The notes: generated by a model not told the origin, from the sequence alone. A DNA stretch of 55,145 nucleotides, filler included, from Sphacelaria rigidula (GCA_964200075.2; 6 parts of 6 records of this genome joined end to end with filler, not necessarily neighbours in it); one strand, 5' to 3'. Positions 24,277 to 36,732 are shown, counted from the whole stretch's first letter. A program made the numbers and translations.

Positions 24277-26671
24277 AAATGTAGGTCCTGTATTTCTTGC
24301 TGAGATGAATGGCGACGGTCAGAACACCGTAGATAGAGACCGATCCGACAAGGACGACACAGTTTCAATGGTGACCAGGGTCACAGGGCCCAGAGCCAGG
24401 ATAGGGAGGTTTGGCTGGGTTTCTCTCTTCTTTCACCGGGGTAGTTGGGCCCCACCTCAATCCACTGCTGCACATGCTTATAAAAGCAAGGGCACACCAA
24501 GCGAAGCCGAATGTGGTTACCCGAAGGCCGCACGTGGACAGTCTAGGTCGAAGAACCAACAACAAGCGATACGGTCGAGAAGCGGTAGTTGTCCGAAGAA
24601 ATGGGAGGGGCTGCCAACCCTCGTATATCTGATGAGCCTACTTCTTCCAGATGTTGCGCCAGAAGCGGGTCGAGAGAGGGTCCTCAACCTCAGTGTGCCA
24701 AAAGAGATACAGCTTGAAGGAGAGGCGGATGAATCCGAGTTCGTTGGTTGCCGTGAGCTTTTTAGGTAGTGGTGTAAAGTGTGTAGTGCCCGCACGTGGT
24801 GTACTAGCTCTTCGAGGAATCACACGCTTGAACCGTCGACAAGACGACGAGAAGTTCGGATTCACTCACGACTCCAAGTTTTGTGGCAGTAAAAACCGTG
24901 ACGAAGGCCGGACGCACGAATCATCCTCATTTCAGCGCGATGGTCGCAAGTGAGCTGAAGTCGAATCAGACTCGGCCTCATCGTGTGGGCTCAAAAGTCC
25001 GACTCGTCCTCCTTCATCCGAATCGGTCGCGCTAAACCCTAAGCTTGAATGAGGGCATGTCTCGACAAGAGAACACGTATCGAAATCGAAACTGATGTTA
25101 ATTTTAGATATTTTACATGATTCTACGGCGTTCAGCACCGGCAGCGAAAATGAGTCGAGAGATGGACGAGATTTAGACCGAGAACAGCCAGCAGCTAACG
25201 GACCACAGCCGATCTAAGGGGCTCAAATGCTGACCACGAGAGGTGCGCCCCCCCCCCCCTTCGCCATACAGTGCTCGATAGCCCTCATGACAGCTCGTTC
25301 TCATACTATGTATAACATGCTCGTTTCGGCTCCAATCCGTCAATGAATGGGGCCGCTCAGGCTGTTGTCACGAAACCGCACAGTACCAAAGGTACCAACA
25401 TTGCACATATCGGGGCGGAAAACATCACACATACATTTCAACACGTCGTTGATGCTCGACCAATACAGAATCAAAGCACACTTTATCAAAAGCATGTTAT
25501 ATTTTGGTCGAAGCCAGGCTATCTTGTGCATGTGTGTATGCTCTGTTGTGAGTGTCTATACCCAACGGTGTATGCCCTGAAACGTCTACACTGTTGTATA
25601 GGTCGGCTAAGATGCACACCCCACCAGCATATATTGCGCATATGTGCACTGGATAAATGCACGTGGCCGAGGAGTATACCTCTTTGGGCACTGACATAGG
25701 TAAGTGAGTACCCTAACAACGAGTATTAGCCCGGCTGTTCACCCAAACAGAACACGTAGCCTAGATTTACGCCGAACCGACGCACCTCAGAGATCCATGG
25801 GTGTGGATTTCAGGGTTAGTGTAGCTGATGCCGATTCATCAGATGGGCATCCCCATATGGTGAGGGCTTGACACCACTACGTTGGAATGAGAGTGTGACT
25901 GAAAAATTACTCCCCCTCGATGCATGCTCGATCGCATAGATACCCGAGATTTTCGTTCGATGTGGAGACCGAGTGCAAGGAAGGAACCGCGGCGAGAACT
26001 GGACTCCTGAAGACGCCACACGGAGATGTTCAGGTATCTCCGGGTTGAGACCGATTGCAGGTTCAGACCGATTGCAATGCGAAAAAACTCAGAACTTCAG
26101 TTTCGCCAGTTGCCGATATCTAACCGTTACCTTCAGCGGGCGTTTCCATTTTGTTTTCATCTCGGGTACGTCTATCATATGGATAACGACGACGACTGGA
26201 TCATGACTATTTGGGCGATCAGTTAAAGTGCGACAAGCAATCAAATCAGTCTCGGGCAGAGTTTACACGTTTCGGGAGGCTCTCTGGTCGAGGGGGCCAA
26301 AGGAAATGTGCGTATATAATGATTGGTACTATGGAGATGCGGCCAACCCTAACGCTAACCCTAACCCTAGCTCTAACCCTGACCAAGGCATACCGAGAAC
26401 CCTTGGGCAGGGGGGGTGCTTAGTATTTCCTGCGCAAAGTGTGCGTTGCCAGAGCCGCCTTTGAGCCGAGTTTGGACCAGAACACGTTCTGAACGAGCTG
26501 GATCTACTGCTCACCACTGCTCACCTGAATTTTCTCACAACTTTCTTCATTCTGAAATCAAGTAAAATCGAGTACCAACCAATATTCACGTGCATTTCTT
26601 CAGGTCTACTGCTCTGGTCGGGCCAAAGAACTTAATCGTACCGTGGACAATAGACGGCGTCTATTGCAATA

Positions 26672-27270
26672 CTTCCTCTGTGTCATAAGTAAAGTCCGTT
26701 ATGGGGGTCAGATCGCATCTCGCCAACGGAGTTGTCGACCATGCTATACATGGTTAGGTTTGTTGAATAGCTATATGTGTGGTGATGTTCATTGAAAAAA
26801 AAAGTAGTCGTGTCGTACTTACTGAGAATTGGTGGGTCGAAAACTAGAGGAATTTCGGCCGTTTTTTCACGTTTGTTTCGTGAACAGTTTTGAGAATATT
26901 TTGAGAATTTAGGTATCATCGACATTTGAACATCCACTACCCCCCGCAACCACGATATACACCCCTGCAAGACGTGAACGGGACGCCGAGCTATCGTTGG
27001 GCAAACGTTATGCCATCGCGGTGGAGATAGCGTTGGCCATTCCGCTGGGCAAAGCAAGGGTGCCCGGGGGCGTTCTAGGCCCCATGGCGGAGCGTTTCGG
27101 TGTTGGTACTGACTACCCTAGAAAACATTGGTCCGAGTGTAAAGCTCAGATCGACGAAACCGGGGAGCTCGACCTCTCGAACAAGACTCGTCGTGGGCGG
27201 CCGCTGCTTCTTTCCCTCACAAAGGACGCTGCGCTGCGGAAAACCAACAAGGCGAATCGGTCGGTCGTGT
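26672..27270 (+). mobile_element. 5' part of a mariner-like element with transposase N-terminus (HTH region, RRGRP motif)
   Basis: TA|CTTCCTCTGTGTCATAAGT end; downstream frame ELSLGKRYAIAVEIALAIPLGKARVPGGVLGPMAERFGVG...NKTRRGRP; truncated before any DDD/E domain. Confidence 0.7.
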
Positions 27271-27525
27271 TTCTTCGACACTTTTTAACCCCTGGGAAAG
27301 GGGCTAAATACGGCCTTTTTCGGCCGACTGTTTTTTTTCCGACCGGTTGTGCATGCAGGATAGTGGCTGCAAAAAAAAAACGGATTCCAACTCGAAAAAA
27401 ACCAAAGGTTGGAGAAAAAAATCGCCCACGGTATCGGACACGGCCAAGAGTCCGTGTAATTCAAGGGTCGGACAAATAATAATTCGTCTGGAAGTTACTT
27501 GGTTTTAGTATGATGAGTCGACTCG

Positions 27526-27625
27526 NNNNNNNNNNNNNNNNNNNNNNNNNNNNNNNNNNNNNNNNNNNNTTAATTAATTAANNNNNNNNNNNNNNNNNNN
27601 NNNNNNNNNNNNNNNNNNNNNNNNN
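27526..27625. other. Artificial contig spacer
   Basis: N44-TTAATTAATTAA-N44. Confidence 0.98.
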
Positions 27626-28596
27626 GTTGACCGTATCCTGCTCGGGACGTCTCGTCTAGTGACGGCGTCAGGAGAAATTCGGATCGGTATTTCGCAGGCC
27701 GTGCACCGGCCCACGCTCGGTGCTTGTGTGTTGAAATCTCGCTCCCTGAGGCATTACCCCAACCCTATCCCTCCGGGCTCCCCCATCCGCTTCGACTCAA
27801 GCTTGCTTATCCCCCGTGCGCGCGCTGTTTTCTGTCATTCACAACGCTGGCCTTCGCGGATCTCGTACGCACGAATGTGGCGGCTTCGGTTGGCAGCTGC
27901 TGAAGACACCGTAGCGGGCCCAGCGGACGGTCATGTCGGCGCTCAGACGATGTATCCATTCCTCGACCTTTCGCCAGCGTCGATCGGAGCCTGTACTAGC
28001 ATTCTCGCGTCCACGGTGTTGGACATGGGGGAGCAAGAAAGGATAGATGACGAGGATGACATGGGGGGGCTGACCAGTGGAGAGCATTCTGCCTGTTGAT
28101 GTCAACCTCGGTGTCGACGGTATCCCGTGGTGTACACGCTTGTATTTGTGCATCTTGTTTGTTCCCGTCGACTCGACGTCAAGCTGTCGAGTTGATATCC
28201 TGGACAGCACGGTAGGGAGGCGTAATCATCCGCTTCAACCCGGACAAACGCTCTTGCCTTGTGTTGCTTCCTCCCGCGAGTTTCACTGCCTGGGCGTACA
28301 GGTACAGGCCGATATCGTAGGCACGTGTGCTTTTTTTTTTTTTTTGATGTTGAGTCGCGAGGCCTTTGGGTGGCACGCATCGTGTAGGCAGAAACTCAAG
28401 GGGAAACTAGGGACCGGAAATCGGAGAGTGCGAGGGGTTAGGCGGGTAAGGATCGGGACGAATGCACTGCACCTCAGCGTGATGAGAGACTGTCTCCACA
28501 ACCACCACGGCCGCATCAGGCCCCCGACCTGGCTGCATACGACAACGATCTCTACCGGGGCACCCCATCGTTGGATGGATAATGACAATCTGTACG

Positions 28597-28629
<33 letters not shown>

Positions 28630-28654
28630 ACACATACTATCGCCAGCTGAAGCC

Positions 28655-29070
28655 TTCCAGCGCGGCGAAACGTTCCGGACACGTAGCCCCCGCCGCTCCC
28701 GGAGGGCCTTTTTGAGAAGCATGTCATGATTCTTTTCATGTTATTTCGTCAACTTTGTCGCAAGAAATTGATCAATGTACACTGTTTTGATTTTTTCCCT
28801 TGATGTTGTTGCGGGAAATTGACCGATAAACGCTGACGAAGACCGAAAAGTGTGGTGGGCTTCGCGGGGTTCGTATATCTGCTTCTGCTCCTCGCCCGTC
28901 CTGTCCCGATGCCCTCAGATGCCGGAGGCCGTTGTTTCGGTAATTCACATTATCCTGATTTTTTGTATATTTTCTGTCAACTTTGTTGCAAGAAATTGAT
29001 CAAAGAGTGTTGACGAAACGCGAATCGTTTGGTGGGCTTTGTGGGGTGCATGTTCGCTCCTGCTCCTGTA
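28655..29070 (+). repeat. Interspersed repeat with internal duplication; inverted copy at ~34740-35143
   Basis: CTCGCCCGTCCTGTCCCGATGCCCTCAGATGCCGGAGG and GTCGCAAGAAATTGAT have reverse-complement counterparts at ~34864-34902 and ~35024-35039. Confidence 0.75.
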
Positions 29071-29300
29071 TATGTTTACGTATAAGATATATTTGTATAT
29101 TATGTTTCATATGAAGACCGTATATATATATATATATATTATGGGCTTATATACTAACCCTTGATAAGTACGTGTGTAAATAATTTCCTAGTATGTAGTG
29201 TAGCATATGCATATATACAGGAGGAGAAGCATCTGAATACTTTGGACCTATATTATATGGTGCATAATATACTAGATGTGATATGATGTACATGAACAAG

Positions 29301-29456
29301 GGCCTCTACTGCCCATGGCAACTGACCGCATCCGCCAACGCTTCGGCGAACAAGCAGGGGACACACGGCTCGGTGTCCCCCTCACCCCCCCTCGAAGACT
29401 CAAATTTTCGACCTTGGGGCCTACGTCTCCTGAATATCTTCTTGCGCCGCCCCCTG
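29301..29456 (+). repeat. hAT-like terminal fragment ending GCCGCCCCCTG; inverted homologue at ~32710-32877
   Basis: GACCGCATCCGCCAA(C/T)GCTTCGGC...AGGGGACACACGGCT present in both copies, in opposite orientation. Confidence 0.65.
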
Positions 29457-29599
29457 TCGCAATCAGTGTGAACGACTAGATTGATATGCAGCGGAGGCTG
29501 CTGAACAATCCCGTCTCTTCGCCGGGTTTAAATACGAGTTTGGGGGCAAGAGGGTGTGTTTTCGACCATCTCTGCTGCTTCTATGATCTCGTACGCTGA

Positions 29600-29965
29600 T
29601 TGCGGTACAGTATAATGGTGGGACTGTCGCCAATTGGGCGAATGGAGCGAGGGTTCAACCCCCGCCGCACCGCTTTTTTATTTTTCTTCGATGTACCTGA
29701 TTTCGACCGCTGAAAGTGTGACGACGTATGTGCGTGGAGAGAAGATGGGTGACCGAGTTCGCTTGACTTTGGGTTGACGCGGTGCTGGAGAGCCGACCCG
29801 ATCCGCGAGTCCAAAATGCAAGGCGTGTGCCGGGGAGAGACGGGGTTGACCCCTTGAGACCACGGACTCGTCCCGAGGAAGGGGATGAGTTCAAAGCGCG
29901 ACAGATGAAGAAACAAAAAGTGGCGAGTGTAGGACTTGAACAGCAGAGGCTGCTCGCAAAGAATA
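29600..29965 (+). mobile_element. tRNA-headed SINE, family C
   Basis: A-box-like AGTATAATGG (~29609) and B-box-like GGTTCAACCCC (~29652); body is colinear with the reverse complement of ~47050-47393. Confidence 0.65.
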
Positions 29966-30325
29966 CGTCTTTCGTTTTGCCCCATTTCAGGATGCACAGG
30001 TGCGTTCTACTCTCAATCATATCTTGAAGACATTGTTGGGCGTACAGTGACATCATCAGCGGACAAGAGCTGGACGCACGTGCGACCGACCCTGGGAACA
30101 GGCCAGTTTGTTTTTCTTCACCTCACGGTATATCCCCGGGTGGCCACGCTTGTCTTTTTGTGCATGTTGCACCTCCCTGTCGCTTTCCTATCGATTTGAC
30201 GTCGAGCTGTCGGGGCTACACATTTTCCTCGCACAGCGCGGGGGTCGCGGGCCAATACCGCTCCGAGGGTTCTCGCTTCTCGAAATGCCGTGTTGGGTGT
30301 GTGCTCTAACTCGCCCTTTGGTTTA

Positions 30326-30568
30326 AGTTCAGAGTTTTTCTCCTATTAAATCTGGTTTAAACGTGTTAGAAAACTTGATGATAGGCAAAAACAATATAAT
30401 TGTTTCAGGCAATAATAAATCTTTTCAAGTTTTAAATAAAAAAGAATCTTCAGCTTGTTCAAGAAATAGTTTTTCACCTCAACCTTTAAATTTAACTGTG
30501 TTACGTTATAATTTTTGTTCTGTTCAGCAATTAAAAAATAAAAACATAGTAATTTCTGTAGGAAATGT
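30326..30568 (+). other. AT-rich island with an open frame; possible organellar DNA insertion
   Basis: Abrupt switch to very AT-rich sequence that stays open for ~75 codons (SPIKSGLNVLENLMIGKNNIIV...ISVGN) with A/T-ending codons, unlike the GC-rich flanks. Confidence 0.5.
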
Positions 30569-33052
30569 CGGGTCAACCATCCGCTTCATGGGAGTCCCAC
30601 TCGTCAAACAAACCATGCCGCTGGTTACGTTCCTGCCCCGATACGCAACTGCCTTTCTGGGGTCGCGATGGGGGAGGGGGGGCGTCACCCTGCTTGTTCG
30701 GTGCCCCTGCCGTGGTGTCGATGCCCCCCCCCCCCCGTCACAACTCTGCACCGGTCACCGAAGACGCTCAACCGCCCGCGGCGTGTCGTTTCCCGCGGCC
30801 CCCTCAGGCGCGAGGACCTCCTCCGAACGTTGTGCTGAACGAAGTGTTTTCTTCGGCCCGCTGTTCTCGCCGTCCACAAGAACTCGCGGGGCCCACCACG
30901 GCGGCATGGCCCCTGCCCTCCAATTTCAATGGGTTCGTTGCGTGATCGAGGGTTGCGGGTTTAGGGCAAAGGTTTTCGGAGAAAGAGAGAACGGTCGACC
31001 CTCTACCTTCTACCGGAAGCCAACAGCGTACGACGATCGTGTACCTTTGCACTTCAGGCCAGCGGCTGTGACGAGTCAACAGCGCGCCCACCTCAAAGGT
31101 CATGCAGGCAGCGTCGTGTTCGGTACGGCAGAACACCGCTTCGTGCTCCAAGCGCAGAAGCGCTTGGAATCCAAGCGTTTCCGAGCGCAGGGGAGCACCG
31201 CGATCGAGCGGGGGCTCTCCAGGAGGGCGAGGACTAACTTCCTCCGGGGCGCGAGGTACGACAAGTCCACGAGGCTGTTTCATCTTCGGCGGGAGAAGGA
31301 ATCGTGGGAGGTGAGTGGTATAATCTCCAGTGAGGGTCGCGAACAAGGCGTTTTAAAATGAAGTCGAGGCCGATACGAGGCGTGTAACTGTTCCTCGCCC
31401 TCTTGAAGTATTCCCGCCCCTCCCCTTCGGATATCCTGACCCCCGTGCCCCCTTCAAGAAGAGGAGCGTAGAGGTATGACTGTCTTGGGGTTGGTTCGGG
31501 GCTGCAGGAGTGGTCGACGGAAACCTAGCCCGTCTCCGAGCCTCTCAGCCACTCTGCGAGTGATCCGACACGATACCGATCTTCTCCTCGTCTCTTGATT
31601 GCTCGGCCGTGCCTTGTTTTCCGCGAGTTCTGCTCGCAGCCGTTCGGAGAACGTCTGGAGAAGGCGGGGTTCAAGCCCAACACCTTGCCATCCAGAGCAC
31701 CTGGAGGTACCTTCGACGTCAACCTGATCGGGCACCTCAGCCGAGACGCGTTCTACGAGGAAACCATCTTTGCGGGGATGGGCGAAACGGAGATCGACGG
31801 ACTTTTCAACCTCGCGGAGGCGATGATCAACACCGCCGCGCACGGAGAGGTGAGGCGGGCGGGGGGACAAACTAGCGTACCTCTGCCCTCAGTCATTACC
31901 TCCGAGCTTCTTCTTGAATTTTACCGGCAATCGGCGATCCAGTTTTGAATTGGCATCGCTTTCGTTGTTTTTGTTCTCCCGAGTCGAAGTTGTGCCGGCT
32001 CACGATGCTCGTAGCAGACGTTTCTGTACGGTGTTCGCGTATGGGGCGGAGGCACGAGCACCATCGGCGAAACAAAACAGGTACCGAGGCGATCGTACTT
32101 CCTGTCGACAGGGGCACGTGCGATTGTGCCCCCCCCCCCATGTTTTTTGCCATCGCCGTGTCTAGACTCCCAACGACCAGCGCCGGAGCTGATGTACGCT
32201 TGAGTGCTGGGCGTCTGTCCGTGCGCAGGACCTCTGGGTCTCTGCCGCCTGTGTTCGCGTCGCCTCGTTGCGCCTAGACCGAAGCAGTGCAGGCACACTC
32301 GGCTGACGTTGAGTCTCGGCACCTTTTCTCGTTTTGCGATCGGAACAAGATAAAACACACAGAAAAAAAAAGGGGGGGAGATGAACATGCAGTAGAGCGC
32401 ATTTTTTGTCGGCTCTTGTTTTCGATCGGAGCATGAAGGTGTGTGCTGAGACCCGCCCTCACGGCGGCCGAACCGAGGCGCATCATCGCCGGCGGGCAGT
32501 AAGTACGATTGACCCAGTCAGCTCGGCCGCAGATTTGCAACGGTTGAAAAGATGTGCTCGACAACGCTGACGTTCGGATCGTGGCAGACACGCGAGGGTT
32601 AGCCGGGACCGACCCCGCTTCACTACCCCACAGTCGTTTAGCCCGAAACGCATGCATTTCTCAGGCGTCTGACCGCGCACCATGTTTGCCGAATAGCCGT
32701 ACATTTCGCCAGGGGGCAGCGAAATAAGTGAGTTCAGGGCACGTGGGCCCCGAGATCGAAAATTCGAGGTTTTGAATGGGGGGGGGGGGGAAACCCAGCC
32801 GTGTGTCCCCTGTTTTTTTTGCCGAAGCATTGGCGGATGCGGTCGGCTGCCGTACGGGCTGGGGCAGCCTAGAGGCGGATTTGAAGTCGTTTGCAGGCCC
32901 ATTCTCTTTTCTACATTTAGAGTTGGACCAAGAAGTTTGGTATGGGCGATGAATGCACAGGACGTAATACACAAAATTACTGCGGTACCAAAATCTTTAT
33001 TTTTCATTTTCATGAGTTAGGGGGATTTCACTGATACCTGAAAACCGATTAT

Positions 33053-33520
33053 TGCCCTTAACTCATGAAAAAAAAAAAAAAGCATTTTGGTACCGCAGTA
33101 ATTTTTCTGTCAATGCCCTCTGCGTTGTCCGTACCAAGTTTCAGGGTCCAACTCTAAATGTACAAAAGAGACTGGGCCGATCAAAAACAGGGTCGGTATA
33201 AATTCGGGACAGTATTTCGCACGCCACTCACCGGCCCACGCCTGGTTTTCGTGTGCTGGGATTCGGTGTGAAAGCTCTCTGAGGCACAATTAGCAAAACA
33301 AAGTGGGTCAGGCTGCTTTTTTCCCATTTTTTCCACTGGTTTAGGGCGTTCTACTGTGGTGAAGATCACATCTGACGAGAGCGCCCTAACCTCTACGAAA
33401 AATAAAATAGAAAGGAGAGCCCACTTTGTTTTTCTTTATTCGGCACTCTTTTGTGATTCTCCACACCAGAATTCGTCGCCATCCGCTAAATCCATCGATC
33501 GCGAGTTTCCTAGAGATTTT
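33053..33520 (+). mobile_element. End of a DNA transposon family starting (G)CC(C)T(T)AACTCATGAAAAAA
   Basis: Colinear reverse-complement copy at ~45488-45939; an inverted ~130-bp end at ~32895-33023. Confidence 0.7.
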
Positions 33521-33819
33521 ATTTAGTATTGGCGCTATCTCCCTTAGGTAGAGGAATGACTAGATATGGGGTTAAATCGTCGAGAACATACGGGCCCAAA
33601 CTTCTGAGCAGAGGGCCACCTTCCCCTTGATTAGACGATGAATACGATACGCGGATCACGGCCCCACTCGTCTGTGTCGATGAGGTATTGCTTTTAGAGC
33701 TTCGATCCGTTTTTAGGCTGGCCCGGCTCGTAGGCAGTAGAGATCCTTCTATGTGATATACCACACTTCGTGTGTACGTTTCACATATTGTACATCATAT
33801 TCTTGTACACACAGATATA

Positions 33820-34610
33820 CTTCCTCTGTCCCATAAGTCTGGGGAGTTATGGGTGTGTAACTGTTTGCGCATTCACCCTTTTCCGATCATGCTAATGTTA
33901 GGTTCGTTGAAAAGCTGAAGTCCCAACGCAGCTGATGCAAAAAAAAAAAAAAGAGAAGGGAAAAAAAGCTCGTTGTTCATACTAAAGTTCAGTAAAAAAA
34001 AGCCCATTTTGGCCCGTTTTTGAGGACTTCTTTGAGGATTTTTTTGAGAATTTTTCTGAGAATTCTTATGAGAATAATTCGTGTTTACCACCCCTAGACC
34101 CACCCCACAGACCACACAACACCATGGACGTGCCCCCAAGTACCCCCCCCGCTCGTTGTGACGGCGGTGAGCTATCCGTGGGCCGCCGCACTGCAATCGC
34201 GGTGGAGGTTGCGCTAGCAATTCCGCCGGGCAAGGTGCGGGTGCCCACCAAGCCTTGGTTTTAGTGCGGAACATCCAAGGTGTCTTGTTCGTATAGGGGG
34301 CGGTATGGCTCGTTCAGTAGACGGGGGTTAGGTTTTGGGTGAGGGATATTTCTTGGGGGGTTTAGGTTTGGTTTTCATCGTGCCCCCATCCCACTCCCTA
34401 GTGGAAAAGCGTCAAAATATGCCCATTTTTGGCCTGACTACTTTTTTGTTCGCCGCTGGCACATGCAGAGTAGTGCGCAAGATCAAAAAAAAAAAGAAGT
34501 GTTTCAACCCAAAAAACGCTCAAGATTCCGAATACATTATCGCCGAAGGCATCCGAGACCGTTAATGGCCTCTCCCAACATAACTCCCCAGACTTATCGG
34601 ACAGAGGAAG
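33820..34610 (+). mobile_element. Complete non-autonomous Stowaway-like mariner derivative (791 bp, TA TSD)
   Basis: TA|CTTCCTCTGTCCCATAAGTCTGGGGAGTTATG ... CATAACTCCCCAGACTTATCGGACAGAGGAAG|TA; retains ELSVGRRTAIAVEVALAIPPGKVRVP, homologous to the 26990-27065 frame. Confidence 0.85.
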
Positions 34611-36732
34611 TATGTAATAATTATCAAGGGGTAGTATACACTCCATTTTTCTACGAAAGGGGGGGGGGTGTATTTGGTTGCACGAAAAAAGAGGCTCATA
34701 AGTGTGTTAGACATCTTCCACACTTGCGTTGCGCTTGCAAACATACACCCCGCGAAGCCCACGAAACGTTTCGAGTTTTGTCAATGTCCAAAGATCAATT
34801 TCTATCAACGAAGTCGACAGAAATATCCAAAAATAAGGATGATTCGAATCGTCGAAAAAACGCCCTCCGGCGTCTGAGGTCATCGGGACAGAACGGGCGA
34901 GGAGCGGGAGCAGCTATACGGACCCCACGAACCCCGCCAGACTTTTCGGTTCTTGCCGGCGTTGACTCATCAATTTCTTGTAACCAAGTTCACGGGAAAA
35001 AACAAACAAACGAGTGTCTAGCCATCAATTCCTTGCGACAAACTTGACAAGAAAAAAAAGGCGAAACCATTGCGACAACTTTCGAGGAAATAGCCTCCAG
35101 GAGGGGGGGGCTACGCGTCCGAAAATGTTCTCCGCGCTCCTGGATATATACAAACGAAAACCGCTCGTGAGCTCCGTGAGACCCCCTGGCTGGGCTGGAC
35201 GTTTTTTCCGAACTCTTGTCCCAGCCGCCATTCTCCTACCTTGAGGGCATGAAGGGCGGGCAGTTACTTGAGGTCGAGTAACCCGCGGCGAGTATTCACG
35301 CTCCAAGCCCGCCGTGCCGTACAGCCAAGCCCACCGCTGACGTTCGTAACCCGTGAGTGAACGACGGGAACCGCTCCCCCCGCCCCCCCCCGCGAAAAAA
35401 AAAAAAACATGTGTGTATGCCTACATCGAAGGTCACGACTGCCGGGGAAGCGCTGATGCGGAACGCCGGCTTTGAATTGGGGAATGGCGGCAACCTTCCC
35501 AGCACGACGGCACTAAAGACGGTGCTCGGCTACCGCGAAGGAAAGGTCAAGGCGGCGGAGCGCCGCGCCAGGGCAGGAGAGCGAGAAGCCAATCGCGAAA
35601 CGGGAGGAACTCACGAGTGGCCCGCGTGGGATCCCAACGCTCGGAAGGGCTCGGTGAGTTAGCGGCAAGCTCACCTGTTTTCTTTCTTCTTTTTTTTCGT
35701 TGCGAGAGGGTTTGCGTGCGAGGACGGCGGGTCGCGCGTCCGCATTTCCCCACTAGCCCGGGCTCACCGCAGCAATTTCCGGGAGCCTGAGCGACTTCTG
35801 CTACGATCCAAATAGTAGTGTCGCGAGGTGAAGATAAGTACTTTCCTTGGGGCGGGCGGCCGCCCTTTGTTGCCGTGATGTGGTAGTAGGTTTCATCAGC
35901 CCAGCCTTACCGCCCGGAAGAAGTGCAACATCTACTGGGCTAGAAATGCTACACGCAGTCGAGGAATTGGAAAGGCGGAGTAGTACTCACCCTTTTTCTC
36001 GGCTCGGTCTAGCTGCTCGCCCTCTGCGTGTCGTGATCGTGACACCGTGAACGATGAATTCCATGAAAACACTCTGGCGCGAGTCTCACGAAAGAGTTAT
36101 CGGTAATGCTCTTGACTCCGGGGGGGGGGGGACTACAGGCGAAGGCCGACTCGCGTGCCTCGGGTGCAAAAACCCTGCACAGTAGTGGGCGGTCCTAACT
36201 ACTCATTTCGTTTCCGTTTTGTGACTTCTTTGTGCTTGGCGATTTTCTTGGGCTCTTTTCGCTTGCCACCGCTCATCACATCGGGGATTTGAATATACTT
36301 GTATCCGCTCCGCATCCCCAGAAGAAAAAGTCATCTGTACTCAAAGCTGAGTGACTCACGGGCTGCCCGGTCATCGGGGGTCCTGCCACGTTTCAGCCGA
36401 GATTCATACTCTTGTGTACTTGCGGTCGATCGAACCCGCCCCGATAATATTTGTCGAGAAGTGCACAGTTTTGTTTTTTCAAACATCCTGCCTACTCAGC
36501 GCACCAGGGCCGAAAAACTGTGTTCCACGGCCGATAACACCCTCCTGACGAACGGGGTATTTACTCGTTTCGCCCGACCACACCAACCGACACTGACTTG
36601 AGCACTGTGTTTCGATGGCGATCTGTTCAGCTGTGCTAAAATCTACCGACGCTAGCAATCCCGAGCTCTATCGGAGAGTAGTACGTGAGGAAAGCCCCCG
36701 AAACACCCCTGAACAGTTAGACCGCCCGCTGC

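Larger units (their letters stand above)
30906..35653 (+). pseudogene. Orphan multi-exon coding-like sequence (candidate exons 30906-31310, ~31600-31849, 35432-35653), probably decayed or TE-borne
   Basis: GC3-rich open frames each ending at a phase-0 donor (GAG|GTGAGT, GAG|GTGAGG, TCG|GTGAGT); first exon starts at ATG and has CVIEGC...HLKGH; coding-like frames near 31460-31600 and 32450-32650 appear disrupted. Confidence 0.45.

Noticed and set aside
25340-25700. piggyBac-like motifs (DLYNSV, GTFGTVR) on the minus strand
   Set aside because: Only two short motifs in different frames, with no supporting TTAA-bounded ends; insufficient without a search.
30363-31361. 332-aa ORF as a single protein
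   Set aside because: It fuses an AT-rich island, low-complexity GC-rich sequence and a candidate exon ending at a splice donor (31310).
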